A stretch of DNA of 64,000 nucleotides from Malacoraja senta. Taxonomy: Eukaryota. The stretch lies in the NCBI GenBank assembly GCA_038087875.1, contig JAXLNO010000108.1, positions 1 to 64,000 of the forward strand. The letters run 5' to 3'. The position numbers and the translations under genes were made by a program. The number at the start of each line of letters is the position of its first letter. Positions within the stretch are counted from its first letter, which is position 1. This document shows, one piece after another, positions 13,999 through 26,246 of the stretch. The notes beneath the pieces are model-generated. The model made no database searches. It was given only the letters and a program-made list of their open reading frames with translations, and was not told where the DNA came from.

Positions 13999-16370
13999 CA
14001 TAGAAACATAGAAATTAGGTGCAGGAGGAGGCCATTCGGCCCTTCGAGCCAGCACCGCCCTTAATTGAGATCATGGCTGATCATCGACAATCAGTAACCC
14101 GTGCCTGCCTTCTCCGCATACCCGTTGATTCCGCTAGCACCGAGCTCTTATCCAAATGCGCCGTTATTACTTCTTTAATAATTGACTCGAACGTCTCTTC
14201 CACTACCGATGTCAGGCTAACTGCTCTATAATTCTCTGTTTACTCTCTCGCTCATTTCTTGAAAAGTGGTATATTATTTGATACCCACAATCCACAGGAA
14301 CTGACCCTGGATCTATAGAACATTGGACAATGTTCATTAATGCGTCCACGATTTATCGAGGCACCTTCTTGAGTACCCTGGGATGCAGCCCTTGGCTTTA
14401 TCAGCCTTCAGTCCCATCTGTCTACCCAATATTATTTCTCGCCTAATGCAAATTTCTTTCAGTTCCTCTGTCTTCCTAGATCCTCTGTCCTCTAGTACAT
14501 CGGAGAGATTGTTTGTGTCTTGCTTAGTGAAACCAAAACCAAGTACCTATTCAACTCTGCTGCCATTTCCTTGTTCCACGTAAAAATCTCACCTTTTTAT
14601 GCCTTTTTTCTGACCCATATTTGGCTTGCTAATCCTTTTCTCTTAAAATACCGAAAGAAGATTTTACTATCCATCTTAACATTCTTCGCGAGTTTACCTT
14701 CCTGCTTCATCTTTTCACTCCATATTTCTCTTTTGTTACCTTCTGCTGCCCTTTGAAAGATTCCCAAATCCTCTGGCTTCCCGCTACTCATTGATATGTT
14801 GTGAACCTTTTATTTTAGTTGTATACCGCCTCTAACTTGTCAATCACCGTTGCCTCTTACTTCGCTTAAAATCTTGCTTCCTCTTTGGAATGAAATGATC
14901 TTGCATCTTCTGGATTATGCCCAGAAATTCCTACCATTGCTGTTCCATCGTCATTCCTTGTCGGATAATTTTCCTGTCGACCTTGGCCAGCTCCTCGCCG
15001 TTGCCTTCATAGTCCCCTTTGTTCAACTGCAACACTGACACTTTTGATTTAACCTTCTCCCTCTCAAATTGCAGATAAAAACGTATCATATTATGGTCAC
15101 TACCTCCTAGCCGTTCCTTTCCCTTGTGTTCCCTTATTAAATCTGATTCATTTGCCAACACTAAATCCAGAATTGCCTTCCTTCTGGTAGGCTCCAATAC
15201 AAGCTGTTCTGAGAATCCCTCGGGGGCACTCAACAAACTCCCTTTCTTGAGGTCCAGAACCAACCTGATTTTCAAAGTCTACCTGCATATTGAAATTTCC
15301 TATAACCCCATTGGTATTACATGTGTTTCATGCCAAATTTAACTCCTGCTGCAACTTGCACCCTATATTCAGGCTACTGTTTGGGCCTGTAGATAACTCA
15401 CATTAGTGTCCATACCTTAACAATTCCTCAAATCTATCCACAGCGAGTGTACATCGTCAGTCCATATGTCACCCCTCGGAAGGGACTGAATTTAATCCAT
15501 CACCAACATAGCTACCCCACCTCCTGTGCCCAACGGCCTGTCTATTCTAAAGGACGTATAATGCTGAATATTCAATTCCCAGGCCCGATCCTGCTGCAGT
15601 CATGTCATTGTAATACCCACAATGTCATATCTACCAATCTCTAACTGAACCTCAAGCTCATTCACATTACTTGTTATACTTCGCGCATTCATATATAATC
15701 CTTTTAATCCATTACTCATCTCACCTTTCACATCGATTCCTAATTCATTTGGCCATTCTCTCCTATCCATTCATGAGATTTCTGTCCCGTTAATTCTGCT
15801 TTATTTCTTAACTTTTCCTATGCTCTCTTTCCCTTTAACTCCATCGTTGTGTTTCAATTTGGCTCCCACGCACCCCTCACTATTTAGTTTAAACCCATCC
15901 GCGTGGCAGTTTCAAGCCTGCCTACCAGAATGCTGGTCCCCCGTCTGTTAAGGTGCAACCTGTCCATTTTCTACAATTAACCATTACTCCAAAATAGATC
16001 CCAATGATCTAAGCATCTAAATCCCTGCCCCCGCTCCCCAGCCACACATTCAAATCGCCTATCTCCCTGTTCCTGCCCTCACCAGCACGAGGAACTGGAA
16101 GCAAACCGGAGATAACCACACTGTAGTTCCTGCTTTTCAGCCTTCTTCCGAGCCCTCTAAAGTCACGCTGCAGAATTACTTTCCTCTTTTTCCCGACGTC
16201 ATTTGTGCCGAAATGCACTACCACTTAAAGCTGCCGCCCTTACCCCTTGAGGATGCCCTGCAACCAGTCCGTGACGTCCAGGACCCTGGCACTAGCGAGG
16301 CAACACACTATCCTTGGATCCCGCCTGTTGCCGCAGAACCCCCTGGCTGTACCTCTCACTATTCGTCAAG
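13999..16370 (-). mobile_element. Degenerate, internally deleted CR1 (ORF1 esterase remnant, APE/RT remnants, 3' tail)
   Basis: VVHFGTNDVGKK...VVISGLLPVPRAG (ORF1); AILDLVL...GGSDHNMI (APE); tail at ~14000. Confidence 0.88.
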
Positions 16371-16609
16371 CACTCACTCCTTCACCTACCGCTCCTCTGA
16401 CGACTTTGAAGGTATGTGTTTCAGGCTGGCCCCGACTTGGTTTTAAATCACCCGCTCCTGAAAAAATACTGAAAACTTCCCAAGATATTACCTACTCAGC
16501 CATTGAGAGAAGGACTGCACACGGGCACACCCTACCGAGTACGACAACACAAAAGGGACTGAGATACACCTGAGACCTGAAATACACCCCACTCCCACAA
16601 CTATCCCGA

Positions 16610-17420
16610 CAACAGTTTATCCCACCCTGCTTCCTGAAAGAACCCCTCCCAATTCCTCTGAGATTTCCTTATTCTTTAGGGAACGAGGATTTCCCTCTTC
16701 TATCATGGATGAAGCCCTCACACATGTCTCACCGGCACCTCGCAGCTCCACCCTTACCCACCTCCCCTTGTTGCAACAGTCACAAAGTCCCCCTCGTCCT
16801 TACCTTTCACGTCATCAGCCGTCGCAAACGCCACATAATCCTTCGGCATTTTCGCCGCCTCGAACTTGATCCCACCACTAATCACCTTTCCATTTCCACC
16901 CCTTTCCTCCTTCCGCTGAGAAAGTTCCTTCTGCGACTCCCTGGTTAACTCATCCCTTCCCACACAAACCACCCCCTCCCCAGGTACCCTCTTCTGCAAC
17001 CGCAGGAGATTGAACACCTGTCCCTTTACCTCCTCGCTCGAATCTGTCCAGGTACCCCGAGAGACCTTTCAGGCAGAGGTTCTCTTGCACCTCCACCAAC
17101 CTCATATACTGTATCCGTTAATCAAATTGTGAACTTTTATACATCGGCGAGACCGAACGCAGACTGGGCGAACGTTTCGCTGAACACTTTTGCTCAGTCC
17201 GCGTGGACCTACCTGATCTCCCGGTTGCTAAACACTTGAATACCCCTTCCCATTAACACTAACCTTTCGGTCCTCGGCCTCCTCTTTTGTCAGAGTGAGG
17301 CTAGACGCAAATTGGAGGAACACAATCTCATATTTCGCTTGGGCAGCTTACAATCCAGGGGTATGAATATTCATTTATCCAACTCCAAATAACCCCATGC
17401 GTTCCATCTCTCTCCATCGC
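16610..17420 (+). mobile_element. Penelope-like element fragment (GIY-YIG endonuclease region), decayed
   Basis: Codes for LYIGETERRLGERFAEH...DLPVAKH...RKLEEHNLIFRLGSLQSRGMN. Confidence 0.85.
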
Positions 17421-17454
17421 TCCCCATCCATGTCAAACCAGGTTTTCCATCCAT

Positions 17455-17830
17455 CGGTACTACCCCATGGTATGCCATTACATTTGTACTGCCCCATAGA
17501 GTGTCACTTCATCAGTTCTAGCCCACAGTATGCCATCAGTACTACCCCAGAATGTGCCATTCCATCAGTACGACATCATAACAGTATGACTCCAGCAGTA
17601 TGACTCCACAGCGTGTCACTCGATCAGTAGTACCCCACAGTGTCACTCCATCAATGCCACCACAAATTATGTCACTGCTTCAGTCCTACTCCAGCGTGTG
17701 TCACTCCATCAGCGTAACACCACAGTGTGTCACTCCATCAGTACTACGCCACAGTGTATAACCCCATCATTACTACCTCACAGGGTATCACTCTATCAGT
17801 GCATCTTCACAGTTTGTCACCCCACCAGTA
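17455..17830. repeat. Degenerate ~29-30 bp minisatellite (cagtactaccccacagtgtgtcactccat)
   Basis: About 12 diverged tandem units. Confidence 0.8.
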
Positions 17831-17879
17831 GTTTAGTTTAGTTTCGTTGACTTTAGCTGACTTTATTTAATTTTAGTCA

Positions 17880-18135
17880 AGCTTAGTTTAGTTTAGTTTA
17901 GTTCAGAGTACAGCGCGGAAACTGGTCCTGCGGCCCACCGAGCCCGCACCAACCAGCGATCCCAGCACACTAACACAACCCTACACACACCGGTGACAAT
18001 GTACACTTATAGCAAGCCAATTAATCTACAAATCTGTACGGCCATGGAGTGTGGGAGGAAATTGAAGATCTCAGAGAAATCTCACTCGGTCAGGGGGAGA
18101 ACGTGCAATTTCCGTATAGACAGCACCCAGAGTCG
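17880..18135 (-). mobile_element. tRNA-derived SINE (HE1/V-SINE-like), partial
   Basis: (tttag)n tail and the ggagtgtgggaggaaa...cagcaccc core shared with other copies. Confidence 0.7.
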
Positions 18136-18366
18136 GAATTTGTATGTTCTCTACGTGACCGCAAAGATTTTCTGCGACTTTTCTATGTACTTCGCCAAAT
18201 GCCGTCGCTCCCTCAGAACTACACAGTGTCACTGCACCAGTGCTACCCTAAGCAGAATTAAGTCATTCGGCTCATCAATTCTACTCCGCAATTCAATCAT
18301 GGCTGATCTATCTCTCCCTCTTAACCGTACAAGTCTGTCTAACACACACACTTATCGTGTGCGGAA

Positions 18367-18856
18367 GTGGCGTCAAAGGACGAGAAGCCGAAGCAAAGAA
18401 GTCGAAGCCAATTAGCCGAATGGAAACAAAGCCGAAACGCCAAATAACCGAAAGCATACAAAGCCGCACCAACCCTCCCGTCTCCACCGGCCAGTGAAGT
18501 AATGACAAGAGGGTCTGGGACAATCGCAGACACGTCCCGCTCCCCGGCGACGTCATGTCCGTTATTTGACTATTCGGCAGAGCGGCATTCGGTTAGTTGG
18601 CTTGCAGCCATTTGGTTAGGAGGCGTTACGGCAGAGCGGCAAATCGGTGAGTTGGCTTTTAGGCGTCCCGTCCTTTCGGCCCGTTGGCTTTTAGGCTTCG
18701 TGTGCTTTCGGTTCGTTGGCGTTTCGGCTTCATATGCTTTCGGTTCGTTGGTGTTTCTGCTTCGTATGCTTTCGGTTATTTGGCGTTTCGGCTTCGTTTG
18801 CATTCGGCTATCTGGCTTCGACTTCCTTGCTTCGGCTTCTCGTCCTTCTACGCCAC
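18367..18856. mobile_element. Foldback MITE with ~100-bp terminal inverted repeats built from CCGAA/CGAAG micro-repeats
   Basis: Left gtggcgtcaaaggacgagaagccgaagc...gaaagcatacaaagc is the reverse complement of right gcttcgtatgctttcgg...ctcgtccttctacgccac. No clear TSD. Confidence 0.75.
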
Positions 18857-18866
18857 GTCAGGGTAC

Positions 18867-21197
18867 CGGCAGATCCTGCTTCCTCAGCTGCCGCAGGAAG
18901 TACATTCTCTGATGTGCCTTTTTGAATGTGGAGTTGATGGTACCCCCCCCCCACTTAAGGTCCTTGGAGATCCCAGGAACTTTAAAAACACCACATATGT
19001 GACTGTGGTTTTGTTGATTGTGAGTGGGGTGAGGGGAGGGGGAGCTCTCCTAAAATCTACAATCAATTCTACTGTCTTAATACCATGGAGCTCTAGGTTG
19101 CTGCGATGGCACCAGGACGCCAGCTGTGACACTTCCTGTCTGTAGGCAGATACCTCCCCATCCTGGATCAGTTCAATTAGGGTTGTGTCGTCCGCAAACT
19201 TGAGAAGCTTGACAGAGGTGTCTGTGGAAGTGCAGTCGTTGCAGTAGAGAGAGTAGAGGACAAGAGAGAGTACGCAGCTTTGTGGTGCTCCTATGCTGAG
19301 CATTTGCACGTCCGAGATGTGCTTTCCCAGCCTCACATGCTGCTTCCTGTCTGTAAGGAAGATGGTGATCCACCGGCAGAGGGTTTCAGGCACAGTCAAC
19401 TCGGAGAGTTTGGAGTGTAGTAGCTCTGGCACAATGGTGTTGAATGCAGAGCTAAAATCAACAAACAGGATCCTCGCATAGGTCTCCTGGCGGTCTAGGT
19501 ACTGTAGGATGAAGTGCAAGCCCAGGTTGACTGCATCATCCACAGATCTATTTGCCCGGTATGCAAACAGCATTGGGTCCAGCAGGGGGGTCGTTATATT
19601 TTTCAGCTTGGCCAACACAAGCATTTCAAGTGTCTTCATGACTACAGAGGTCAGTGCGACAGGCCTGTAGTCATTAAGACAAGCAATCCTTGCCTTTTTA
19701 GGTACAGGGACAATAGTGGAGACGTTGAAGCAGGCATGGACAGTACATGTTTGCAGGGACTGGTTAAAATGTCTGTATATACCGGTTCCAGTTGTTTGGG
19801 ACAGAGCTTGAGAGTAGAGGAGGAAATATTGTCAGGTCCTGGAGATTTCCGGATTTCTTTCTTCTGAAAAGCCTCTTCACCTCCACTATTTTTATTGTTG
19901 ATTAAGAGATGTTTTACAGCAAGTAGTGTGTGGGTAATTTAGTGTGAAGTGGTGATTGGAGGGGATGTGTGTAGAAGGGCCCACTCTTTGCAGACTGAGG
20001 TCAGGCTGTCCGTGGGTGAGAAGTATTGGTTGGTGTGGGATATGGTCCAGCCTTCTCATATTGGAGTCTTGCCTTAAGTACGTGTGAAGTAGTAAAGGGG
20101 AATTAGAGGGTGCAGTGTCCAATCTTTGCAGACTGGTCTGGCTCTGTTGGTTGGGGAGGGGGGGGAGGAGGTACCAGGGTGACGTTTCTGATTTTCAATG
20201 CTGCAGTAAAACTCATTCAGGTCGTTGGTCAGCTGACGATTGTCCAAAGAGCAGGGGTCTTTCCTCTAGTGGCTGGGAATTTCTTGCAAGCCCTTCCAAA
20301 CTGAAAAAGAGCCCTAGTGAGACCACACCTGGAGTATTGTGTGCCGTTTTGGTCTCCTAATTTGAGGAAGGACATTCTTGCTATTGAGGGAGTGCAGCGT
20401 AGGTTTTCAAGGTTAATTCCAGGGATGGCGGGACTATCATATGCTGAGAGAATGGAGCAGCTGGGATTGTACACTCTGGGGTTTAGAAGGATGAGAGGGC
20501 ATCTCATTCAAACATATAAGATTGTTAAGGGTTTGGACACGCTAGGTGCAGGCAACATGTTCACGGTGTTGGGGGAGTCCAGAACCAGGGGCCACAGTTT
20601 AAGAATAAGGAGTAAGCCATTTAGAACGGAGACGAGGAAACACTTTTTCTCACAGAGAGGGGTGAGTCTGTGGAATTCTCTGCCCCAGAGGGCGGTGGAG
20701 GCAGGTTCTCTGGATGCTTTCAAGAGAGAGCTAGATAGGGCTCTTAAAATAGCGGAGTCAGGTGATATGGGGAGAAGGCAGGAACGGGGTACTGATTGGG
20801 GATGATCAGCCATGATCACTGATTGGCTGTGCTGGCTCGAAGGGCCGAATGGCCTACTCCTGCACCTCTTTCCTTTTGTCTAATAATCACTAGGTGAGAA
20901 CATTTTCCTCAACTTCTCATAGTACCTTTCCTTGGCAGATTCCTCTTCTCAGCTTGTATTTGGCCTGCCTGTAGAGGCCTGCATCCCCGCTCCTGTCGGC
21001 CTCCTCTTTTAACCGTCGAAGCTGTCTGAGTTCTGCAGTGAACCAGTGCTTGTTGTTGTTGAGCCATGTCCGGGTCTTAGTTGGAATGCAACTGGCCTCG
21101 CAAAAGCTGACATATAATGATACAGTGTCCGTATACTCATGGAGGCTTGTGGTTGCTTCCCTGAACACATTACATTTCGTGCAGTCAATGCAGGATA
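18867..21197 (-). mobile_element. Rex1/Babar-clade LINE, decayed, interrupted by a CR1
   Basis: ORF 18884-19639 has RT motifs [18 protein letters not shown] and KFADD; upstream FCEASCIPTKTR...KHWFT is typical of Rex1. Confidence 0.85.
20305..20870 (+). mobile_element. CR1 3' fragment nested in Rex1
   Basis: ORF 20317-20805 reads RPHLEYCVPFWSP...FFSQRGVSLWNSLP. Confidence 0.9.
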
Positions 21198-21632
21198 GCC
21201 GCGCCAGGGGATATGGAGAGAAGGCTGGAACGGGGTGCTGATTGTGGATGATCAGCCATGATCACAGTGAACGGCGGTGCTGGCTCTAATGATAGAATGG
21301 CGTACTCCTGCACCTATTGTCTATTGTCTATTGATCCTATTGCAACTTGGCCAGAAATAAATGATGCTTTATTTTCGCAATAAAATATGGAAAGATGCAG
21401 TGGCAGTTTGGTTTGCATGTACCGGAATATTCAGTGCTGGTAGTTTAGATACATTTATAATTCAGTCTGGAGCCCTGGAGGAACACATCGAAATCACACC
21501 AACATTAAATGTAATAACACAGTGCCACGGATCATTCTTTCATTGGAAATCATGAATTCTTATTTTCATCGAATTGAAGTGCTGGAGTAACTCAACGGAT
21601 CGTGCAACGTTTTTGGAGAACATATAGTTGCC

Positions 21633-22184
21633 TCTCTAATTTGAAGAAGGACATCCTTGTGATTGAGGCAGTGCAGCGTAGGTTCACAAGATTGATCCCT
21701 GGGATGGCGGGACTGTCATATGAGGAAAGATTGAAAAGACTAGGCTTGTATTCACTGGAGTTTAGAAGGATGAGGGGATATCTTATAGAAACATATACAA
21801 TTATAAAAGGACTGGGCAAGCTAGATCCAGGAAAAATGTTCCCAATGTTGGGCGAGTCCAGAACCAGGGGCCACAGTCTTAGAATAAAGGGGAGGTCATA
21901 TAAAACTGAGGTGAGAAAAAACTTTTTCACCCAGAGAGTTGTGAATTTATGGAATTCCCTGCCACAGAGGGCAGTGGAGGCCAAATCACTTGATGGATTT
22001 AAGAGAGAGTTAGATAGAGCACTAGGGGCAAGTGGAGTCAAGGCATATGGGGAGAAGGCAGGCACGCGTTATTGATACAGGACGATCAGCCATGATCACA
22101 ATGAATGGCGGTGCTGGCTCGAAGGGCCGAATGGCCGAATGGCCTCCTCCTGCAACTATTTTCTATGTTTCTATGTTTCTATGT
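21633..22184 (+). mobile_element. CR1 3' fragment ~300 bp upstream of GPCR copy 1
   Basis: ORF2 C-terminus plus (TTCTATGT)n tail; absent at the paralogous site (~39510). Confidence 0.9.
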
Positions 22185-22383
22185 ACAGGTGACGTTTCGG
22201 ATCAGGGCCGTTATTCAGAGTCCATTTTCAGCGACTCGTTTTGTTTTTTTTAGTCGATCCTTAAATAATTTGGTTGTCATCTCCCATGGTGGATTCAAAG
22301 GCTGTGATGCAAGGTGTTTGTTCCGTGAGTGCCAATACTGACAATCAGCAGGTATGAGGTCATGTCGCTGGAGAAATACCACT

Positions 22384-22392
22384 GTATATATC
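22384..22392 (+). promoter_or_regulatory. Candidate TATA-like element ~90 bp upstream of the copy 1 ATG
   Basis: TATATATC, also present upstream of copy 2 (~44156). May instead lie inside a putative 5'UTR intron. Confidence 0.3.
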
Positions 22393-22478
22393 TCGGTGCC
22401 CACCAACCAAAACGCATCGCCACAGAGCTACAACGGACTGACTGCCGGAGCCGCGGGCGTTAACTGTGTCTTACAGCT

Positions 22479-22548
22479 ATGGGATATCGATTTATCTTTC
22501 TAATTCAAGATATATATTACCCTGCAATAGCGGCTGTCGCTGTTTTCG
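22479..22548 (+). CDS. GPR139/GPR142-like class A GPCR, copy 1, coding exon 1 (MGYRFIFLIQDIYYPAIAAVAVF + G)
   Basis: ATG at 22479; 70 nt ending G|GTAATT (phase-1 donor); joins in frame to exon 2 (G|TA AAC = V N). A homologous exon is conserved at 44248. Confidence 0.9.
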
Positions 22549-23499
22549 GTAATTTGTTTTGTCGCGATTGTTTTGTACGTGCATTAGCTGGGGGACGTTC
22601 CGTGAACTACTCGGCGCTGCCAACGTTAAACAACCATTTTCTCTAATTCCACAATTAACATATTTCATTTGGCCGGGTATCCGTTTTCCCCGCTGCAACT
22701 GGCGCATTATGTACGTCATGTGTGCTGTTTATCCCGGATTGGATCACACTCTGTACTGATTACTCTGGATGGCCAGAGCCCTGACCAGAGAGCAGGGATC
22801 AGATAATCACACACTAAGAATGGATGTATGTTGACCACCAGCTGAGAGATTGGCATATTGGGCTCCTTACGTGGTCATTCTGAAACCAGGTAGTGAAATG
22901 ACATGTGTTCCCAATCCGGCGAACCTGCTTATAAAATCAATATATTCAGCAGTCGTCACTGCGTGAAACGCTATAGCTGATTTTATAAAGCAAGTAAATG
23001 CCATGAGCTTGGTCCTGGTTCTATGAAAGAGTCACTACATTATTGTGAATGAATTCAGATGTAAACAAATGCTGACACGTAGTTTATATTAGTTAATGTT
23101 ATGTATCTTGTTTGTATGAATGCAATGTTTCATCTTTCGCCCTCCGACTCCCCGCAAATCCTGGCTTTGCTCGTGTTTCCTCCCACATCCCATTGACCTG
23201 CCTGTTAATAATTTATGTAACTACTGTAAATAGGCCACAGTGTGGATGAATGGCACAATCTGGTGGCAGTTCATGAGAATGTATGCAGAAATAAGAGCTG
23301 TGAGCGAGGTGTACATTGGCGTTTGTTGAGGTGCGTGGACACCGTGGTCCAAAGCATGGTGTATCTGCGCTTTGTCGGGGCGAATTGTCATTTGGTCAAC
23401 GAATCCAAGTTTGAAAATATTCCAATCAGACAATGTTCCTCAGATTTGTTTGTGCGGAGCAGCGTCAATAATGTCTCTTCTCTTCTCTCTCTCTCGCAG

Positions 23500-24401
23500 T
23501 AAACTTGCTGGCGATTGTGATTCTCTGTCGAGGTAACTGTGGTCTCTCCAAATGCATCACACGCTACCTGGTGGCCATGGCAGCGTCTGATGTCCTGGTC
23601 GGCATCAGTGATCCGTTTCTTCACAAGACTATTCTCGTTTACTTCCCGGAATCTTTCCTGAACATTACTCCCGTGTGCACGACTGTCGTATTCCTGGTCT
23701 TTGTAACCACCGCGGTCTCTGTCTGGCTGACGGTCGCCTTCACCATCGATCGGTTTGTGGCTATTTGTTGTGAGAAGCTGAAAACAAGATATTGCACTGA
23801 GAGAACGGCGGCTGTGGTTATCGGGGCAGTGAGTGTGTTGGGTTGTTTAGAGAGCGTCCCCCGGTGTTTTACGATAGAACCTGTCTACGTGTTTGATAAT
23901 CTTCCCAGGCGTTGCTACACCAAACCCACTTTCTATACGTCGTCTGCATGGATCGCATATAATGTCACACACCGCGTTCTAACACCTTGTGTCCCGATCT
24001 TTCTGATCCTTCTGCTCAATGTGCTGACGGTCAGGCGGATTGTAGCGGCCAGCAGAGTCCGCAGGGGGCTCCGGGGGAAAAGCAACGGAGAGGATGACAA
24101 GGACCCGGAGATGGAGAATCGCAGGATATCTATTGTTTTACTCTTTAGTATCACGGGCAGTTTCATATTGCTGTGGGCAACACAAGCTGTCTTTTACATC
24201 GTTACCGGTATTGGGAAGTTGATGTATAACGGCCCCACCGGTTATTACTACATCACGAGTGTCACGTCGGGGTTTTTACAACTTCTCAGTTCCTGCACCA
24301 ACACGTGTATTTACGTGGTGTCCCAGAGTAAATTCAGACAGGAGCTGATGAACGGGATTAAATTACCACTGAGAGCAATTCGTGCACTTGTTCGTTCATA
24401 A
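23500..24401 (+). CDS. GPR139/GPR142-like class A GPCR, copy 1, coding exon 2 (spliced product 323 aa)
   Basis: Polypyrimidine tract with CAG acceptor ending at 23499; 7TM pattern with AMAASD (TM2), C3.25, DRF, TM5 P, FILLW (TM6) and CTNTCIY (TM7); open to TAA at 24401. Confidence 0.93.
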
Positions 24402-24617
24402 AGACCTGCAACAAAAGACAACCTTTCACCATCGATCCACGCCGACAATCTGTCACCCATTTTCACTCATTCCACTTGGTTCTTCTTAACTGTCACTGTA
24501 TGTCATGTTGTTACTTGTGGGCGGAGCACCAAGTCAAATTCCTTGTATGTGAATATTTGGCCAATAAACGTATTTACGTACTACATTAAACTGCCCAAAC
24601 TTCTCATCGGAAACTTA

Positions 24618-24946
24618 ATGCCCTGTCCCACGGTACGAGTGAATGCCAAGAGCTCTCCCGAGTTTAAAAAATTAAATAAATGGTAAGCACGGAGAATGAA
24701 CGTAGCGGGTACGTCGGAGCTCGGGGACGTCTCTTAGCGGCTCGTAACGTTAACAGCAGGTACTCAGAAAGACACGCCAAAGGAAGGTTAGCACAGGAAG
24801 ACTCGTGAAGATTATTTAACATGTTGAAAAATGTCCACGAAAGCCCCGAGTACCGACGAGTAGCCATTACCGTAAATCTCCGAGTTCGAATCAGGGCAAA
24901 ACTCGGGAGAGCTCTTGGAATGAACTCGTACCGTGGGACAGGGCGA
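24618..24946. mobile_element. MITE with ~46-bp TIRs, probably PIF/Harbinger-type
   Basis: gccctgtcccacggtacgagt...gagctctcccgagttt and aaactcgggagagctc...actcgtaccgtgggacagggc; flanked by TTA and ATA. The empty site (aaactta|cacactttgga) is at the paralogous position ~58790-58803 on the minus strand. Confidence 0.85.
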
Positions 24947-25639
24947 ATACACACTTTGGACAGAATACTCGCAAAATTGAGAGTGAGAAAGGACGGAATC
25001 TGGTCCAGGGGCTCAGCTCTTCCGATGCTCCATCGAAGTAAGTCCCATTTGCCTCCCTGCGATTGCCCATCATTCATTATAATCTTTCTTATTCATGTAC
25101 CTGGCCGGCCACGTGTATTTTAAATGTCGTGAGTGCACTCGGCTCCACGGCGCGTCTGTCAGAGATGGAAGAAATCCTCGCCGGATGAAAATATGACCGC
25201 AGAACATGGTCGAAACGTGGGTCTGGAGCTGTCAGATGGCGAGTACTTCACTACTTGCTCCATTGTTGACTGAATAAGTTCGTTGAGGAATTAAGCGCTA
25301 ATGCAAAGCAGAATATCCTGACGAGTGGTTTCGATTTATGCGAATTATAAATTAATTATAAATTATTCGAATTATAAATGGTCTCATCAGTTACAGGTCA
25401 TTGAGCCGCAGGAAACGCACCGGCCAACAAGGAAGAGCTGCGGAACGCTGCTTAGATTAGAGGGTTTCACTTGCGAGGAGTAATCGGAGAGCTTGCAAAC
25501 GAGGTTTCCTAAAATGTTGTCTGTATTAAATGGTATTAGCTACAAGGGGAGGTTGGAGATGGTGCAGGGGCGGTTTACCAGAACGCTGCCTGGTTTAGAC
25601 AGTTTCAGCTACATTGAGACAGAGTTGGATTATTTTCTT

Positions 25640-25930
25640 TAGTTTGGTTTTAGTGTTAGCGGTACATCGCGGGAAACAGGCCCTTCGGCTCACCGAGTCA
25701 GCGTCGACCAGCGATCCCCGCGTACACACACTAGGGACAATATACAATCTTCACCGAAACCAATTAACCTACAAACCCGCACGTACGTCTTTGGAGTGTG
25801 GGAGGAAACCGGAGCGCCCGGAGAAAACCCACGCAGGTCACGGGGAGAGAAAACGTGCAAATTCCGGACAGACAGCACCCGTGGTCAGAATCGAACCCGG
25901 GTCTCTGTGAGGCAGCAACTCTACTGCTGG
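25640..25930 (-). mobile_element. tRNA-derived SINE (HE1/V-SINE-like)
   Basis: Reverse-strand B box gacccgggttcgattct, central domain and tail. Confidence 0.75.
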
Positions 25931-26246
25931 AACCTCGCAGGTTAAGGGGAGACCTGGTACAAGTATATACAATTACGAGAGTAGAAGATACGATAGACAG
26001 TTATAACCTTTCTTCCCCCCAGGGTGGAAATGCCAGAGACTCGGAGGGACAGGTTTATAGTCAGAGGGATAGTGTTTTGAACATAGAACATAGAAGAGTG
26101 CAGCACAGGAATAGGCCTAACGGCGCACAATGTCCGCGCCGAACATGATGATGAGTTCAACTGATCTTCTCCGCCTGCACGTGATCCACATCCCTCCATT
26201 CCCTGCACTTCCATGTGCCTATTTAAAAGCCTCTTAAACGCCACTA

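Noticed and set aside
23505..23507. TTG 23505 and GTG 47275 as GPCR start codons
   Set aside because: Both lie at splice acceptors; the real ATGs are in upstream exon 1.
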